Shown here one piece after another: positions 1 to 11,204 of a DNA stretch of 64,000 nucleotides. Position 1 is the first letter of the stretch. The number at the start of each line of letters is the position of its first letter. The stretch lies in IMG/VR virus record IMGVR_UViG_3300030085_002431, positions 186,614 through 250,613 of that record; one strand, 5' to 3'. A program made the translations under genes and the position numbers. Below the pieces are notes generated by a model. That model worked only from the letters and a program-made list of their open reading frames with translations, did no database searches and was not told where the DNA came from.

Positions 1-594
1 AGACAAGACAGTGTTACTGAACCTGTAGAAACACTATTTTTCGACTTATATGATAGTGGTGGAGATTATGTTGCAAGGACTAGGGTCTTCCTCAATAATA
101 GACTTTCACCAGTTTTAACACCAGAACCAGACGAACCAGTAGAGTCTCCACCAGGAACACCAGTTCCAAAAACTCCAGACGGTGGTACTTCTCCTGGAAT
201 TGGAACTGGTGGTGGTATTATTCCTGGAATTGGAACTGGTGGCACTGGTGGAACTGGAACTGGAGGTGGTGACCCTGGAATTGGAACTAATTTTGTTGGT
301 ATTATTACTAATATTATTGTTGATAGACCAGGATTTGGATATTCCACTGGTGATAGTGTTGAATTTGGTGGTTGTGTTTATAACCTTAAGGTCACTGAAA
401 CTGGTTCTATTGTTGGGGTTGAGTCTGCATCTTCATGTAAAAATGCTTACGAAGAAAATCCTGGAGAAGGTGTTATTACCACAACTAATGGTCAAGCAGG
501 AAGATTATTCGCAGTCTTAGAATTCACTCCTCTTACTAACAAAGTCACAGTTGTCGATGAGTTTGGTGTTATCTCAGTTGTTGATTGTGTCTAA
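1..594 (+). CDS. C-terminal part of baseplate hub (gp5-like) structural protein, 5'-truncated by window edge
   Basis: Frame 1 open from base 1 to TAA at 592-594; Pro/Gly-rich linker, PGFGY motif, ends ...VVDCV as in cyanomyovirus gp5-like proteins; structural-gene context. Confidence 0.55.
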   Translation, partial: RQDSVTEPVETLFFDLYDSGGDYVARTRVFLNNRLSPVLTPEPDEPVESPPGTPVPKTPDGGTSPGIGTGGGIIPGIGTGGTGGTGTGGGDPGIGTNFVGIITNIIVDRPGFGYSTGDSVEFGGCVYNLKVTETGSIVGVESASSCKNAYEENPGEGVITTTNGQAGRLFAVLEFTPLTNKVTVVDEFGVISVVDCV

Positions 595-620
595 TAAATA
601 TCTAAAAATCCTTTTATAAA

Positions 621-1172
621 ATGACAGAACAACCAAAAGAGTGGTTTAGACAAGGATTCGGTTACAGAGAGCAATCTGGTGTCTACATTGAAGGTAGAGA
701 AGTTGGATACTCTCTAATAACTGATGAAGGTGTTGGGTATACTTATTACAAAGATGGTGGAAAGGAGGATGTTGTTCTAGAAACTTCATTAGAAGTTTGT
801 GGTAGGAGAGTAAAAGATAAAGAACCAGCAAAAGTAATCTATGCAAGAAATGGTGATATTCATTTTGAAGCACCAAATGGTCAGATAACATTAAAGGCAA
901 AGAACATAAGATTAGTTTCTCAAGATGGTGATGGTGAAGTTACCATTCAAGCAGGTAAAACCATCGAAATTGATGGTCCAACAGCTAGAGTCAAAGGAAC
1001 CAATGTTGACATTACAGGAAAAAATTCTGTAAATATGATTGGAAATTATGTAGAATCTGCTGCTGGTGTGCAGCAATCAAGTGCATCACTTGTTGATATT
1101 TTTCAAGGTTCTTTTATAGGTCAACTTCTAAATTCTCTCGGAAATCTTAAAAAATTCCTTCAACTTTTCTAA
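621..1172 (+). CDS. Baseplate/spike-associated protein (gp5 C-terminal-like beta repeats)
   Basis: 183 aa; beta-strand repeats (GDIHFEAPNGQITLKAKNI); TAAATA late promoter at 595-600. Confidence 0.5.
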   Translation: MTEQPKEWFRQGFGYREQSGVYIEGREVGYSLITDEGVGYTYYKDGGKEDVVLETSLEVCGRRVKDKEPAKVIYARNGDIHFEAPNGQITLKAKNIRLVSQDGDGEVTIQAGKTIEIDGPTARVKGTNVDITGKNSVNMIGNYVESAAGVQQSSASLVDIFQGSFIGQLLNSLGNLKKFLQLF

Positions 1173-1175
1173 ACT

Positions 1176-2093
1176 ATGCCTGCACTAGCCTCTATTTCAA
1201 CAATTGGTGATAAACTAATTGTCGGACAAGTTGATACTTCATTTTTGACTGCTACTGGTAGAGTTACACCAGGAACAGCAGTTCTAAATGGACCTGTTTA
1301 TATTGGTGCATCTCCTCAAATTGGTGTTGCTAGAGCAGCATGTATGATTGGTCCTCCTCTTCCTGGACTGTCAGTTCCTGCTTCACTTGAAGTTACAGGA
1401 GTTGCAAATGTCATTGGTGTTTTCAATGTCATAGCTGTTAGTACATTTACTGGTCTCACAACAAAACTTGGAACAACAATTAAGAATGCTCTAAGTCTTA
1501 AGAATGGTGTTGACCTGAAAAATGCTGTCAATATTGGTAATGGTGTTTCTATTGATAACGCAAAAGCAGTTGTAAATGGTGCAGAGACTGTTGCTGGTGT
1601 ACTTTCTGCACCAGTTGCTAATATTCCATTGGTTAATGGATATTGTACTGGAAATAAATCAATTGGTTCTTTTGATATTCCTCATTGGAGAAAAGAAAAT
1701 ACTAGAATTCGTCATATAGTTGCTGAGGGACCAGAACCAGGGATATATGTCCGTGGACGTTTAACAGGAAACAATACAATTGAATTGCCAGAATATTGGG
1801 ATGGTCTTGTTGACCCAGAATCAATCACCGTAACTCTTACACCTATTGGTTCTTCTCAAGATTTATTTGTTGATTCAATCCCTTGGGGAAGAAAGGTTAT
1901 AATTAAATCTGGAAATGCATCTAATATTGATTGCTTTTATGAAGTTTGGGTAGCACGTTGGTTAGATCCAAGAGACCATAGCAAGAAACTCCATGTAACT
2001 TATGAAGGAAAAACACCAGATGATTACCCAGGTGATGCCAAAGATTTCTTGGTTGGTGGATGGGACTATGACAGAAGAGAGTCTCAATGGTGA
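1176..2093 (+). CDS. Virion/tail protein with conserved C-terminal FDIPH..EGPE..LPEYW domain
   Basis: 305 aa; C-terminal motif is common in phage tail-fibre/spike proteins. Confidence 0.55.
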   Translation: MPALASISTIGDKLIVGQVDTSFLTATGRVTPGTAVLNGPVYIGASPQIGVARAACMIGPPLPGLSVPASLEVTGVANVIGVFNVIAVSTFTGLTTKLGTTIKNALSLKNGVDLKNAVNIGNGVSIDNAKAVVNGAETVAGVLSAPVANIPLVNGYCTGNKSIGSFDIPHWRKENTRIRHIVAEGPEPGIYVRGRLTGNNTIELPEYWDGLVDPESITVTLTPIGSSQDLFVDSIPWGRKVIIKSGNASNIDCFYEVWVARWLDPRDHSKKLHVTYEGKTPDDYPGDAKDFLVGGWDYDRRESQW

Positions 2094-2132
2094 CCTATAA
2101 ATAATTTGAACATATTATCTTAATCTATATTC

Positions 2133-3854
2133 ATGTCCACGACACAAGATATTGTTAATGAGCTGAAAGAAGAACTTGAGTCTAAAATCAAGCAACGTGA
2201 AGGTTGCCTAGACCAACTAAAGTTGGTTGACGTGACTTTGGACAAAATGGATAAAATAATTAAAAGAATTGATAGAGATGCACAAAGTCATATTGATGCA
2301 TTAAATCCATATCTTACTGCAGTTGCGGATGCATATAAAGCAAGAGTTGATGCTGGTTGTAGAAGTAATCTTGAATGGGTAGTTGTAAGTGAGGAGACTA
2401 GACGTTCAAAAGCATTCGTCAGTGATAGAGAGATAACAGTATGGGAGTGTAAAGAAATTGAAAGCCTTGCGAGGCAAGAAAATTATCATGGAATGAAGTA
2501 CTACTCCAAACCATCAGATATAGATTATGGTTCATCTATAATTGGTGAGTTTTTTGGTTTGGTTTCTGCTGGTTCTACAGTCTTAGGAATTCATACCAGC
2601 TCTTTTGAAGCAGCTAATGCTGATGTTCTTGATTATGTCAATGGTATCGAAATTGGTCATGCCATTATTGATGATATTGAAAATCCAGAATTTTTCGATG
2701 CACAAGATATTCCAGTTGTTACTGGATTTGGGTTTACAGACTTTGTTGGTATTGTAACAACTCTTACTGGTGGTATTGATGCAGGCAGCAATGTTTTTAG
2801 ACATTTTGGTGCTGGAATTACTACTGACGTGGTAAATTTGTTTAATGCAGGAGAAAGAATTGGTTTAAATGAACCGTTTGTGTCTGGAAATACAAATCCA
2901 GCAGATGTTTTTGCAGTTGGTTTTGCTACTGTTGTTGGATTTGGAACTTCGACTCAAATAATAGAATTTCAGGATCAATTTGGTATTCCACGACAGGATG
3001 AATTTGATATTCAAACTTTAATATTGTCGGAAAACGCAACGCAAGCTGTTGCTGAGCAAGAATTTACTGTTGGTATTCTGACTTCTATCGGATGTTATTT
3101 CCTCGATACTGCGGCAAAGAAGACATCAGGAATCACTTCATTCTTTGCTATTAGGCAAGATGAAGACTTAGATGCTTCATTTGATTCTACGGCAAATCCA
3201 CATAGCCCAGTAAAAATTGGAATTATAAAAGGTGGTAAGATGGGTGTAGGACATAGTGTATTCTATGTTAAAAATGGTGACCCATTTAAACAGGAAAAAT
3301 GGAGACCAGAGACTGCACATGATGAGATTAAAATTAAAAAAGGAAAAGATATTCCTGCAGTTAAAGAACCAAAAGTTGGTGCAGGAAATGCTCCATATAA
3401 CGAAGGAAACTTCCAATGGCCAGTAAAGATTGAAACAGAAGAGGATGGAGGAAGTGGTCGTGGATGGAATTATGTTGACACTACATATGCTACGAAGGGG
3501 CAGCAGGTAATTATCAGCAGTGAAGATGTTGGAGCAGGAAGTAGTTCTGGTTCATCTGTTGGAGTTGGGTATCTGGCAACAAGTGCTCAAAATCCATCAT
3601 CGTCAACTTGTTCTGCTCTCGATGATGCTATTTCGCAAGCAGAAGCAGCAAGAGATAATGCCGTTGCTATTCATGAACCACTTGCTCGGGGAATTATGGC
3701 ATTATCAGCAACATTAAGAGAAAATAGAGCAGGGAAGCAGATGCTTGCTTGGTCACTTCTTCAAGCATCTAGGTCTTTACGTGATGATATTGAAAAATTG
3801 ACAAAACAAGTTGCGAGTTTACAAAATACTGATTTATCTAAGTATGACGAGTGA
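2133..3854 (+). CDS. Virion structural protein with coiled-coil ends
   Basis: 573 aa; TATAAATA late promoter just upstream (~2096-2103). Confidence 0.55.
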   Translation: MSTTQDIVNELKEELESKIKQREGCLDQLKLVDVTLDKMDKIIKRIDRDAQSHIDALNPYLTAVADAYKARVDAGCRSNLEWVVVSEETRRSKAFVSDREITVWECKEIESLARQENYHGMKYYSKPSDIDYGSSIIGEFFGLVSAGSTVLGIHTSSFEAANADVLDYVNGIEIGHAIIDDIENPEFFDAQDIPVVTGFGFTDFVGIVTTLTGGIDAGSNVFRHFGAGITTDVVNLFNAGERIGLNEPFVSGNTNPADVFAVGFATVVGFGTSTQIIEFQDQFGIPRQDEFDIQTLILSENATQAVAEQEFTVGILTSIGCYFLDTAAKKTSGITSFFAIRQDEDLDASFDSTANPHSPVKIGIIKGGKMGVGHSVFYVKNGDPFKQEKWRPETAHDEIKIKKGKDIPAVKEPKVGAGNAPYNEGNFQWPVKIETEEDGGSGRGWNYVDTTYATKGQQVIISSEDVGAGSSSGSSVGVGYLATSAQNPSSSTCSALDDAISQAEAARDNAVAIHEPLARGIMALSATLRENRAGKQMLAWSLLQASRSLRDDIEKLTKQVASLQNTDLSKYDE

Positions 3855-3910
3855 TGTTCTTCGTGGTGACCTATATAGTATAAGAAAAAGTACACCGAAC
3901 TTAGAGTCTA

Positions 3911-6900
3911 ATGGCGGACAGATATCCCTTAGTAGCCAACTCTTCCACAAATAGGATAGAAGAGTTAGCAATAAATGATAATTTAAATCTAAACAACAAC
4001 GGAATTGTTGGTGCGTCTACAGTACGGGCAAGTAGTTTTATTGGTGACTTAGTTGGTACTGCAACAACTTCCACGCAATTAACAAGTGCTTCTAATATTT
4101 TAGATGGCATTCTGCCTACAGACAGATTAAGTGGTAATTATAATATTGGTGTATCGACAGCAGATACTCTAACAAATGCTGCAAATATTTTAAGTGGAAC
4201 TGTCCCTAGGGGTAGATTGGATGGTGAATATGATATTGATATAACAGGAACTGCTTCAACTGCAGGTGCATTATCCAATGCTTCAGCAATTAGTGGTGGT
4301 ACAATTCCAGCATCTGTACTATCTGGTACTTACAACATTGATATTTCTGGTACGGCATATCGTTCAGTTGGTGCTGCATTATCAATTACTGTTCAAAATC
4401 AAACTGATAATCAGAATCAATACGTTCTTTTTGCTAAACATACAAATACTGATGCTAGTGCGTTCGTAAATCCAGGTGGACTTACATATAATCCAGGACA
4501 AAACTACCTAGGCATTAATACAAGTTTACCAGAGTTTGAACTAGATGTTCTTGGTGATATTAGAGCATCTGGAATCAGTAGTTCAAATGTTTCTTTTGCA
4601 AACACTGCAACTATTGGTTCACTTAAAGGACTGACTGCTATTGATTCAACCAGTATCAGTACGATTCAAGTATCACTTGGTCTTGACCAGTTAAATGACC
4701 TGACTGTTATTGGTATTAGTACATTTGAGACTCTCATAGTTCAAAACCAAACGACACTTAATGATTTAAATGCAACTGGTGTCTCTACTATTGCAAATGC
4801 AAATATAACAGAACTGACGGCAGGAAACTCCAACATTGGAATTGCTACTGCCACAGAACTCAGTGTAGGAATTGGAACTACGGCACAGACAGTAGTTAGT
4901 AGTACAAGAGAATTACAAAATATTGTTGGTGTTGATACTGTAACTTCACAAACTCTCCGTGATAATCTAGGTCTAACTCAATTAGACAGCATTAATGTTA
5001 CGGGTCTCAGTACATTTGCGGATATTGATGCAGATGAAGTAGGTGTCTCAACATTAACTGCAGGAACAGTAAATGCTACAACCTACTTAGGTAATGGTGC
5101 TGCACTTGCTGGAATCGTTACTCAAATCACCGCAGGGATTGGAGTTACACTATCACCATCTAATGGTGTAGGAAACGTACAAATCAATGCTTACAGACCA
5201 GTTGGCAAGACAATCTTTGTTGCTAAGTCTGGTGATGACAATAATACTGGATTGACTGATAGTCATCCAAAACTAACAATTAAAGCTGCTGCAGCAGTTG
5301 CAGAAGCAGGTGATACTATTAAAGTATATCCTGGTCTTTATCAAGAAGCAAACCCAATTGTACTTAATAAGTTCGTTGCTGTTGAGGGTCTAGAACTAAG
5401 AAACTGCCAGGTAAGTGCATCAAATTCTGCTTTAGATCTCTTCCATGTTAATAATGGTTGCCATATTACTGACCTAAGTTTTGTTGGTCCTGATGCAACA
5501 GGTGGTGCTGCTGCTGTAGCATTCAACCCACTATCGGGTGTTTCTTCTGACAGATTCTTTGATGGTGCAAGACTCATCCGAATGAATCTGGATTACATTG
5601 CCCGTGAAGCAGTTGGTTTCCTTACCAGTACAGATTATCTAGACCCACCATTTGAAGTAACACCAGGTGGTCCAACTGATTGTGCTGATGATATCAAAGA
5701 TGTCTTCAGAGCAGTGATGTTTGATATCACTAGAGGAGGAAACTCTAAGTGTGTTGGTGCTGGTAAGTCATACTTCTCTGAAGCAGGAGCACTTCTTCAC
5801 GTTACTGGAACAGATGCAAATGGATATAGTGTAAAGGATGCAACGATTGCAGCAATGAATAAGGCTGTTGGAATTGCATTTTCTTGTATTACTAATGTTT
5901 CTTGGACTGGTGGATATCAAAATGAATTCTATCAAGTAAAAGACGTTGGAATTTACGCAGACTCTGCAACTGGTTCTAACCAAGACTTTGGTTCATGTGC
6001 AAATGTTAAATCTGCAATCAATACTTGCGTAGGTATTGTTACAACAATCATTGGTGCTGGAACTACTGGAAACATTAACGCAGGAATCAATACAACATAT
6101 CCTGGTAACAATGGTCAAGGTGCTCCAACCGAAAATCATTCTTCATTCTCCCCTGGTGTTGGTCCAATTACTCAAGGTCCATACATCAGAAACTGCACAA
6201 ACTTTATCGGTAACAGCATTGGTCTAAAGGTTGATGGTTTCAATGCAGAACCAGGAGACCTAGATGATATTGGTGTTACTGGTTCAATGTCAGTTGACTC
6301 CTACACTCAATTTAATCAAGGTGGCATTGGTGTTTCAGTTTCTAATGGTGCATATGCTCAGTTAGTTTCACTATTCACTATTTGCAATGAAGAAGCAGTT
6401 GTTTCAACTTCTGGTGGTCAACTCGACTTAACAAACTCCAACTCTTCTTTTGGAACTAAAGGTCTTGTTTCTAGAGGTGTTGGAAATAATGGAACTAAGT
6501 CAATTTATACATTAACTGGTGTAGGACAAACAGAAGCACTGGCAAGACAAAATGAAGTTGTTGTTTCTGGAGTAGGAACATTTAGACCATATGATGGTCA
6601 AGTCTTATACTTTGACCAACTATATCAGTCCGTCCAGGAAATTAGAGTGTTAGATGCAGGTAACAATTATACCACTGCACCTAGAGTTACTATTGATGCA
6701 CCAGTAGGACAGAATGGAATTACGGCACAAGCAACTGCAACCGTAGAGAATGGAAGAATTGCAAGCATAACAGTTATTACTGCTGGTTCTCAATACGATA
6801 CAACTCCAAGTGTTACTGTCGAAGGACCAGTTGGTGGTGGTGTAACCGCAACTGCAGAAGTAGCAGTAATGTCACCAATTTATTATAGAGTTACTGAAGC

Positions 6901-7273
6901 AACCTTACCTTCTGCAGGCATTACAACAATCACTCTTGCTAACAATCTAAATAATACAGTAAGTGCGGGAAGTACAGTTTATTTCTCCAGATTGAGTCAG
7001 CAACTTGCATCATCTCACTCATTTGAGTTTATTGGTTCTGGAACAAATATTCTCTTAGCAAAACCTGCTCTTGGTGGTGTAACAATCCAAGAAAATGAAA
7101 TTGTGAAACTTGATGGTGGTGAAATCATCTTCACTAGCACAGACCAAGCAGGTAACTTCAGAATTGGAGATGGTATTGTCATTAATCAGGCAACTGGTTC
7201 ATTGACTGGTACTGACTTCACGAAGGCACTATTCACGACCATGACCCCATTCATTCTCGCACTCGCAGACTAA
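3911..7273 (+). CDS. Large virion structural / tail-fibre-like protein with pectin-lyase-like beta-helix region
   Basis: 1120 aa; G/T/S-rich repeats; FVAKSGDDNNTG...GDTIKVYPGLY motif; PYIRNCT and TDQAGNFRIG motifs of cyanophage structural proteins. Confidence 0.7.
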   Translation: MADRYPLVANSSTNRIEELAINDNLNLNNNGIVGASTVRASSFIGDLVGTATTSTQLTSASNILDGILPTDRLSGNYNIGVSTADTLTNAANILSGTVPRGRLDGEYDIDITGTASTAGALSNASAISGGTIPASVLSGTYNIDISGTAYRSVGAALSITVQNQTDNQNQYVLFAKHTNTDASAFVNPGGLTYNPGQNYLGINTSLPEFELDVLGDIRASGISSSNVSFANTATIGSLKGLTAIDSTSISTIQVSLGLDQLNDLTVIGISTFETLIVQNQTTLNDLNATGVSTIANANITELTAGNSNIGIATATELSVGIGTTAQTVVSSTRELQNIVGVDTVTSQTLRDNLGLTQLDSINVTGLSTFADIDADEVGVSTLTAGTVNATTYLGNGAALAGIVTQITAGIGVTLSPSNGVGNVQINAYRPVGKTIFVAKSGDDNNTGLTDSHPKLTIKAAAAVAEAGDTIKVYPGLYQEANPIVLNKFVAVEGLELRNCQVSASNSALDLFHVNNGCHITDLSFVGPDATGGAAAVAFNPLSGVSSDRFFDGARLIRMNLDYIAREAVGFLTSTDYLDPPFEVTPGGPTDCADDIKDVFRAVMFDITRGGNSKCVGAGKSYFSEAGALLHVTGTDANGYSVKDATIAAMNKAVGIAFSCITNVSWTGGYQNEFYQVKDVGIYADSATGSNQDFGSCANVKSAINTCVGIVTTIIGAGTTGNINAGINTTYPGNNGQGAPTENHSSFSPGVGPITQGPYIRNCTNFIGNSIGLKVDGFNAEPGDLDDIGVTGSMSVDSYTQFNQGGIGVSVSNGAYAQLVSLFTICNEEAVVSTSGGQLDLTNSNSSFGTKGLVSRGVGNNGTKSIYTLTGVGQTEALARQNEVVVSGVGTFRPYDGQVLYFDQLYQSVQEIRVLDAGNNYTTAPRVTIDAPVGQNGITAQATATVENGRIASITVITAGSQYDTTPSVTVEGPVGGGVTATAEVAVMSPIYYRVTEATLPSAGITTITLANNLNNTVSAGSTVYFSRLSQQLASSHSFEFIGSGTNILLAKPALGGVTIQENEIVKLDGGEIIFTSTDQAGNFRIGDGIVINQATGSLTGTDFTKALFTTMTPFILALAD

Positions 7274-7288
7274 GGAGGAACTTAACAA

Positions 7289-7642
7289 ATGGCACTCGCA
7301 GCCGCAGCAGTTAATAATTTTAAGACTGTTACGAAAGTTGTTCAAACAACTACTGACGTTATCTATGAAGCACCAGTTGGTTTTGTTGGTGTTATTCTGC
7401 TTGCACAATGTGCAAACATTGGTTCTGATGAAGAGACACTAACTTTCTTACATAATAGACAGGTTAGTGGTTCAACTGTAACTACGGAAATTATTAAAGA
7501 TTTCCCAATTCCAGGAAACGACACCGCAAATGTTTTATCGGGTAAACTGGTACTAGAGACTGGAGACACCATTTCTGTTAGTGGAAGCAGTAATACAGAT
7601 TTAAAATTTATCATCAGTATTCTTGAAACATTTAATCAGTAA
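7289..7642 (+). CDS. Small virion structural protein
   Basis: 117 aa; AGGAGG RBS; KLVLETGD motif seen in cyanophage structural clusters. Confidence 0.6.
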   Translation: MALAAAAVNNFKTVTKVVQTTTDVIYEAPVGFVGVILLAQCANIGSDEETLTFLHNRQVSGSTVTTEIIKDFPIPGNDTANVLSGKLVLETGDTISVSGSSNTDLKFIISILETFNQ

Positions 7643-7651
7643 TATTTAAAA

Positions 7652-10153
7652 ATGTCCGACTATTTAAGTAAAAGAGTAAAGAAGGTATTTGGGGAGGGTC
7701 TCTCCAACTCTCGTTATGATTACTTGTCACTAGAACAAGCAGAACCTGACCTCGGAAATCCACTGGTTGGACCTTCTTCCATTGGTGCAAAACCAAACCC
7801 AACAGGGGTAGCATATATTCTTGCATCCTTTGCAACAACATCAAAGGCAGATAGATACTGGGTTCCACCATCGGAACTACAGGGTCTTGGTCTTGGATTG
7901 ATTCCTGGTGCTTTCACAATTAGAGATGAAGGTGCTACAGTTGGTACTGCAAACAGTTTTACTACTCTAAATTTTGTCGGACAAGATGTCGATTTAGATT
8001 ATGTTGGACCGAATCCAGATGAGCAAACTGGTATTGCAACAGTAAGAATTAATTCCAAAGGTAGAGGAGTTATTAGTGCTATTCAATACCATAGTTCAAC
8101 AACTCTAACCGATGGTGCTCCAGACTTTGTTTATGATGAGAATACAAACTCAGTTGGTATTGGAACAACTACACCAATTGTTACTCTGGATGTAAGAGGT
8201 ACAGCATCCATAAGTGGGATAAGCACATTTAAATCTAATGTTAATTTAGATGATAACACTTCTTTAAGTATTGGAGTTAGTAGTGATTTTACTATCACTC
8301 ATGATGGAACAGATACAAATATTGTAAGTAATACTGGTAAGTTAAATCTAGACTCAGATGATTTAAATATTGCTGCAACTAGGACAGGTAAAGAATATAT
8401 TACTGCTGTTGATGGAGCAGCAGTCTCCATTTTCCATAATGGTTTAAATGACACTGGTGCTGGTTCTACTCATAAGAGAATAGAAACAACCAGATATGGA
8501 ACTACATTTAAAGGTAGTGGCGTATTTGAAGAAGGACTTCACGTTGTAGATGATAAAGCAATTAGAGTTGGTACAGGAACTGACTTAACCATCTACCATG
8601 ACGGAACAGATACTTATATTGATAATGAAGAAGGTTCTCTCTATATTAGAGATACTTCCAATGGTGATGTTCGTATCCAAGCAAATTCTGGTGAAGACTC
8701 TGCTATCTTTAACGATGATGGTTCAGTAGAACTATACCATGATAATGTTAAGAAGTTTGAGACTACTGGTATTGGTGCAACTGTATATGGTACGTTAGAA
8801 TCAACGGCAGTAGATACAGAAACAGTCTCTGCTACTACTGTAAATTCATCTGATATCTTTGTATCTGGTCTTACGACTACTACAGACTTTAGAACTAAGT
8901 ATGCTAATGTATCCACAGCAGGTACAATTACAAACTTCTTTGCAACTCATGCAAATGTTGCGGGACTGACTACAACTACCAGATTTTACTCTGGTAAGGC
9001 ATCTATTGGTTCAACCCTCACTGCTACTCATATTGGTATAAACACAGAACCAGAATATCCACTCGATGTCAATGGTGAAGCAAGATTTGGAGATTTGATT
9101 TATGTTAGTAATGGAACTGGTATCACTGGAGAAGTACTCCTTTCTCAAGGAGGTAGTAACCCACCTGTATGGGGTCCTCCAACTAACGTTACGGTTGGTT
9201 CTGCCCAGTCTGTTTACATCGATGACGTAACTGCTAACCAGACACATTTTCTCACATTCTCTACAGAGGCAGACGATACTGGATACATCAAAGTAGATAC
9301 AGAAGGTCTGTTCTACAATCCTTCATCAAATACACTTGGTATTGGTAGCACTGCTAATCATACCCTGGATGTTCTAGGTGATATTAACTTTACTGGAACT
9401 CTTCTTCAAAATGGTGAACTTGGTGTATTCTCTCGATGGACTATCGATGATGTATCACAAGATATTTTCCGTTTTGCAGGAAATATTGGTATTGGAACAA
9501 GTACTCTAAGTCATAAGTTCACAGTTCTTGGTGATACTTTACTAGAAGGTGATACAACAATCCGTGGACAGATTGCAAATGGTCTGACAGTATCTGGTAT
9601 TGCAACTATTGACCAGTTCACTTCTGCGGATAGTAATATTGACCTCTTAACTGTAGGTGCGGGTGGAACTGTATTGACTGCAAGTGCTGATGGCACTGTA
9701 GCAGTTGGTATTGGAACCACAACTGCATCTCTAACAGTAGTTGGTGAAACTATCCTTGATGGTGTTACCCACTTTGACGGAACAATCACCGAAAAGATTC
9801 ATAATACTTATGGAACTGATATTCCATCTACAGGTGGAAAGATGACTCTAGATGTCAACACAGGAACAGTGGTTGTTGGAGTTCTCACTGAGGCAGTAGG
9901 TGAGTGGGCATTTACTGGTGTGGACACTAGTGGTCCAAAAGCAACAACAATGACTCTAATTATTGACTCCGACTCACTACTTGGATATGCAGAAACATGT
10001 AGTGTAAACGGTGGTGCTCCATTCGGTGTACGATGGGGTGGTGGTATTGCACCTCTGCCAACTAACAACGAGGATATTATTAGTTTCACAATTGCAACCG
10101 ACTCTAATGGTCAAATAAGAGTCTTCGGTTCCTCCTCACTCAACTTTAGCTGA
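7652..10153 (+). CDS. Tail-fibre-like protein
   Basis: 833 aa; repeated VGIGT..P...LDV.G and DL.IYHDG / VELYHDNVKKFETT fibre motifs. Confidence 0.7.
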   Translation: MSDYLSKRVKKVFGEGLSNSRYDYLSLEQAEPDLGNPLVGPSSIGAKPNPTGVAYILASFATTSKADRYWVPPSELQGLGLGLIPGAFTIRDEGATVGTANSFTTLNFVGQDVDLDYVGPNPDEQTGIATVRINSKGRGVISAIQYHSSTTLTDGAPDFVYDENTNSVGIGTTTPIVTLDVRGTASISGISTFKSNVNLDDNTSLSIGVSSDFTITHDGTDTNIVSNTGKLNLDSDDLNIAATRTGKEYITAVDGAAVSIFHNGLNDTGAGSTHKRIETTRYGTTFKGSGVFEEGLHVVDDKAIRVGTGTDLTIYHDGTDTYIDNEEGSLYIRDTSNGDVRIQANSGEDSAIFNDDGSVELYHDNVKKFETTGIGATVYGTLESTAVDTETVSATTVNSSDIFVSGLTTTTDFRTKYANVSTAGTITNFFATHANVAGLTTTTRFYSGKASIGSTLTATHIGINTEPEYPLDVNGEARFGDLIYVSNGTGITGEVLLSQGGSNPPVWGPPTNVTVGSAQSVYIDDVTANQTHFLTFSTEADDTGYIKVDTEGLFYNPSSNTLGIGSTANHTLDVLGDINFTGTLLQNGELGVFSRWTIDDVSQDIFRFAGNIGIGTSTLSHKFTVLGDTLLEGDTTIRGQIANGLTVSGIATIDQFTSADSNIDLLTVGAGGTVLTASADGTVAVGIGTTTASLTVVGETILDGVTHFDGTITEKIHNTYGTDIPSTGGKMTLDVNTGTVVVGVLTEAVGEWAFTGVDTSGPKATTMTLIIDSDSLLGYAETCSVNGGAPFGVRWGGGIAPLPTNNEDIISFTIATDSNGQIRVFGSSSLNFS

Positions 10154-10159
10154 TAAGAT

Positions 10160-10729
10160 ATGCCTACTTCATTTGGTGTTGCCAAAGCATTCCGTTCTGG
10201 TGAATTCCGTGACCCAGCAGTTACATATGGTGACTTTTTTGTTTTTAATTTCATTATGACTGCTGGTTCTGACTTGGATATCAGGGCAAAACTTCTCAAT
10301 CCAACAGGTGTCAATGAGACTATTGGGTGGGGTAGGGATAATACAATGAGATATAATAATATTACCTTTGCATATTGGGGTGGAGATAACACGGGTGGTG
10401 GTAGAGAAACCTTCTATCTTGACAGGTCACAATTTCTACAAGCATTTCCTACTGCAACATCTTTTGAGTTTGACTTAAGATGCTTTTGGAACGCAGTTTC
10501 TGGTGGTAATGTTATCACTAATATTGATGCATATCAAGGTGGTTCCATGGTTTTGAATACCAATACAAGAGTATGGGAAAATCCTACAGCAGACAATGAT
10601 TTCCCAGCATCTAAATCTGCATCAAAAGTAATTACTCTACAAACATCTAACGTAGAGACAGAAGGTCAGAGAGCATCTAGAGTGCAAGTCAACCTCAGTG
10701 CTGAAACCATTCAGTTCTTTGCCAACTGA
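10160..10729 (+). CDS. Hypothetical protein (structural operon)
   Basis: 189 aa, 6 nt after upstream stop; DLDI..WGGDNTGGG.E motif. Confidence 0.55.
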   Translation: MPTSFGVAKAFRSGEFRDPAVTYGDFFVFNFIMTAGSDLDIRAKLLNPTGVNETIGWGRDNTMRYNNITFAYWGGDNTGGGRETFYLDRSQFLQAFPTATSFEFDLRCFWNAVSGGNVITNIDAYQGGSMVLNTNTRVWENPTADNDFPASKSASKVITLQTSNVETEGQRASRVQVNLSAETIQFFAN

Positions 10730-10740
10730 GGAACTGGCAC
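10719..10740 (+). promoter_or_regulatory. Early-promoter palindrome copy 1
   Basis: TTGCCA-N10-TGGCAC, followed by TTGACC and TGCTATTAT. Confidence 0.65.
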
Positions 10741-10803
10741 AAGGTGCTTGACCTTACAGTTTCACTGTGCTATTATAAGAAGGAACACCATTGGTTCACC
10801 TAA

Positions 10804-10983
10804 ATGATGATTACCCGAAACGCACTCACTGAGCTGCGTGAACTGCATGAAGATGTGGCAGAAAATTTTACTGACACATACTTTCCTATCAGTGGAGAAA
10901 CTTATTGGACTTGCGTTCAAGCACTTGCTGAAGCAAAACTTGCAGAACTGCGTGGAGAATTGAATGAGCTTGTTGAAGATTGA
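10804..10983 (+). CDS. Small hypothetical protein (59 aa, not in ORF track)
   Basis: MMITRNALTELRELHEDVAE...; lies directly downstream of a sigma70-like promoter. Confidence 0.55.
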   Translation: MMITRNALTELRELHEDVAENFTDTYFPISGETYWTCVQALAEAKLAELRGELNELVED

Positions 10984-11182
10984 TAAAGCATCTCTAGTTG
11001 AACCAAGAGTAAAAACTACCCCAACAAACGTCAATGAAGCACATGAAGCATTGTTTCATTGCACAATGACTCTTCCTGCCGCAGCAAAGCACTGTGGCAT
11101 GACTCAGAAAGAGTTAAAGATGACGTTTTTTGAATATCTTAAGTATAATCCTGTTACCTTTGATCCCGAGGACTCTAAATAA
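10964..11182 (+). CDS. Small hypothetical protein, possible HTH
   Basis: 72 aa; MTLPAAAKHCGMT helix-turn-helix-like segment. Confidence 0.5.
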   Translation: MSLLKIDKASLVEPRVKTTPTNVNEAHEALFHCTMTLPAAAKHCGMTQKELKMTFFEYLKYNPVTFDPEDSK

Positions 11183-11204
11183 TACAATCGTAGTAGATTG
11201 TATT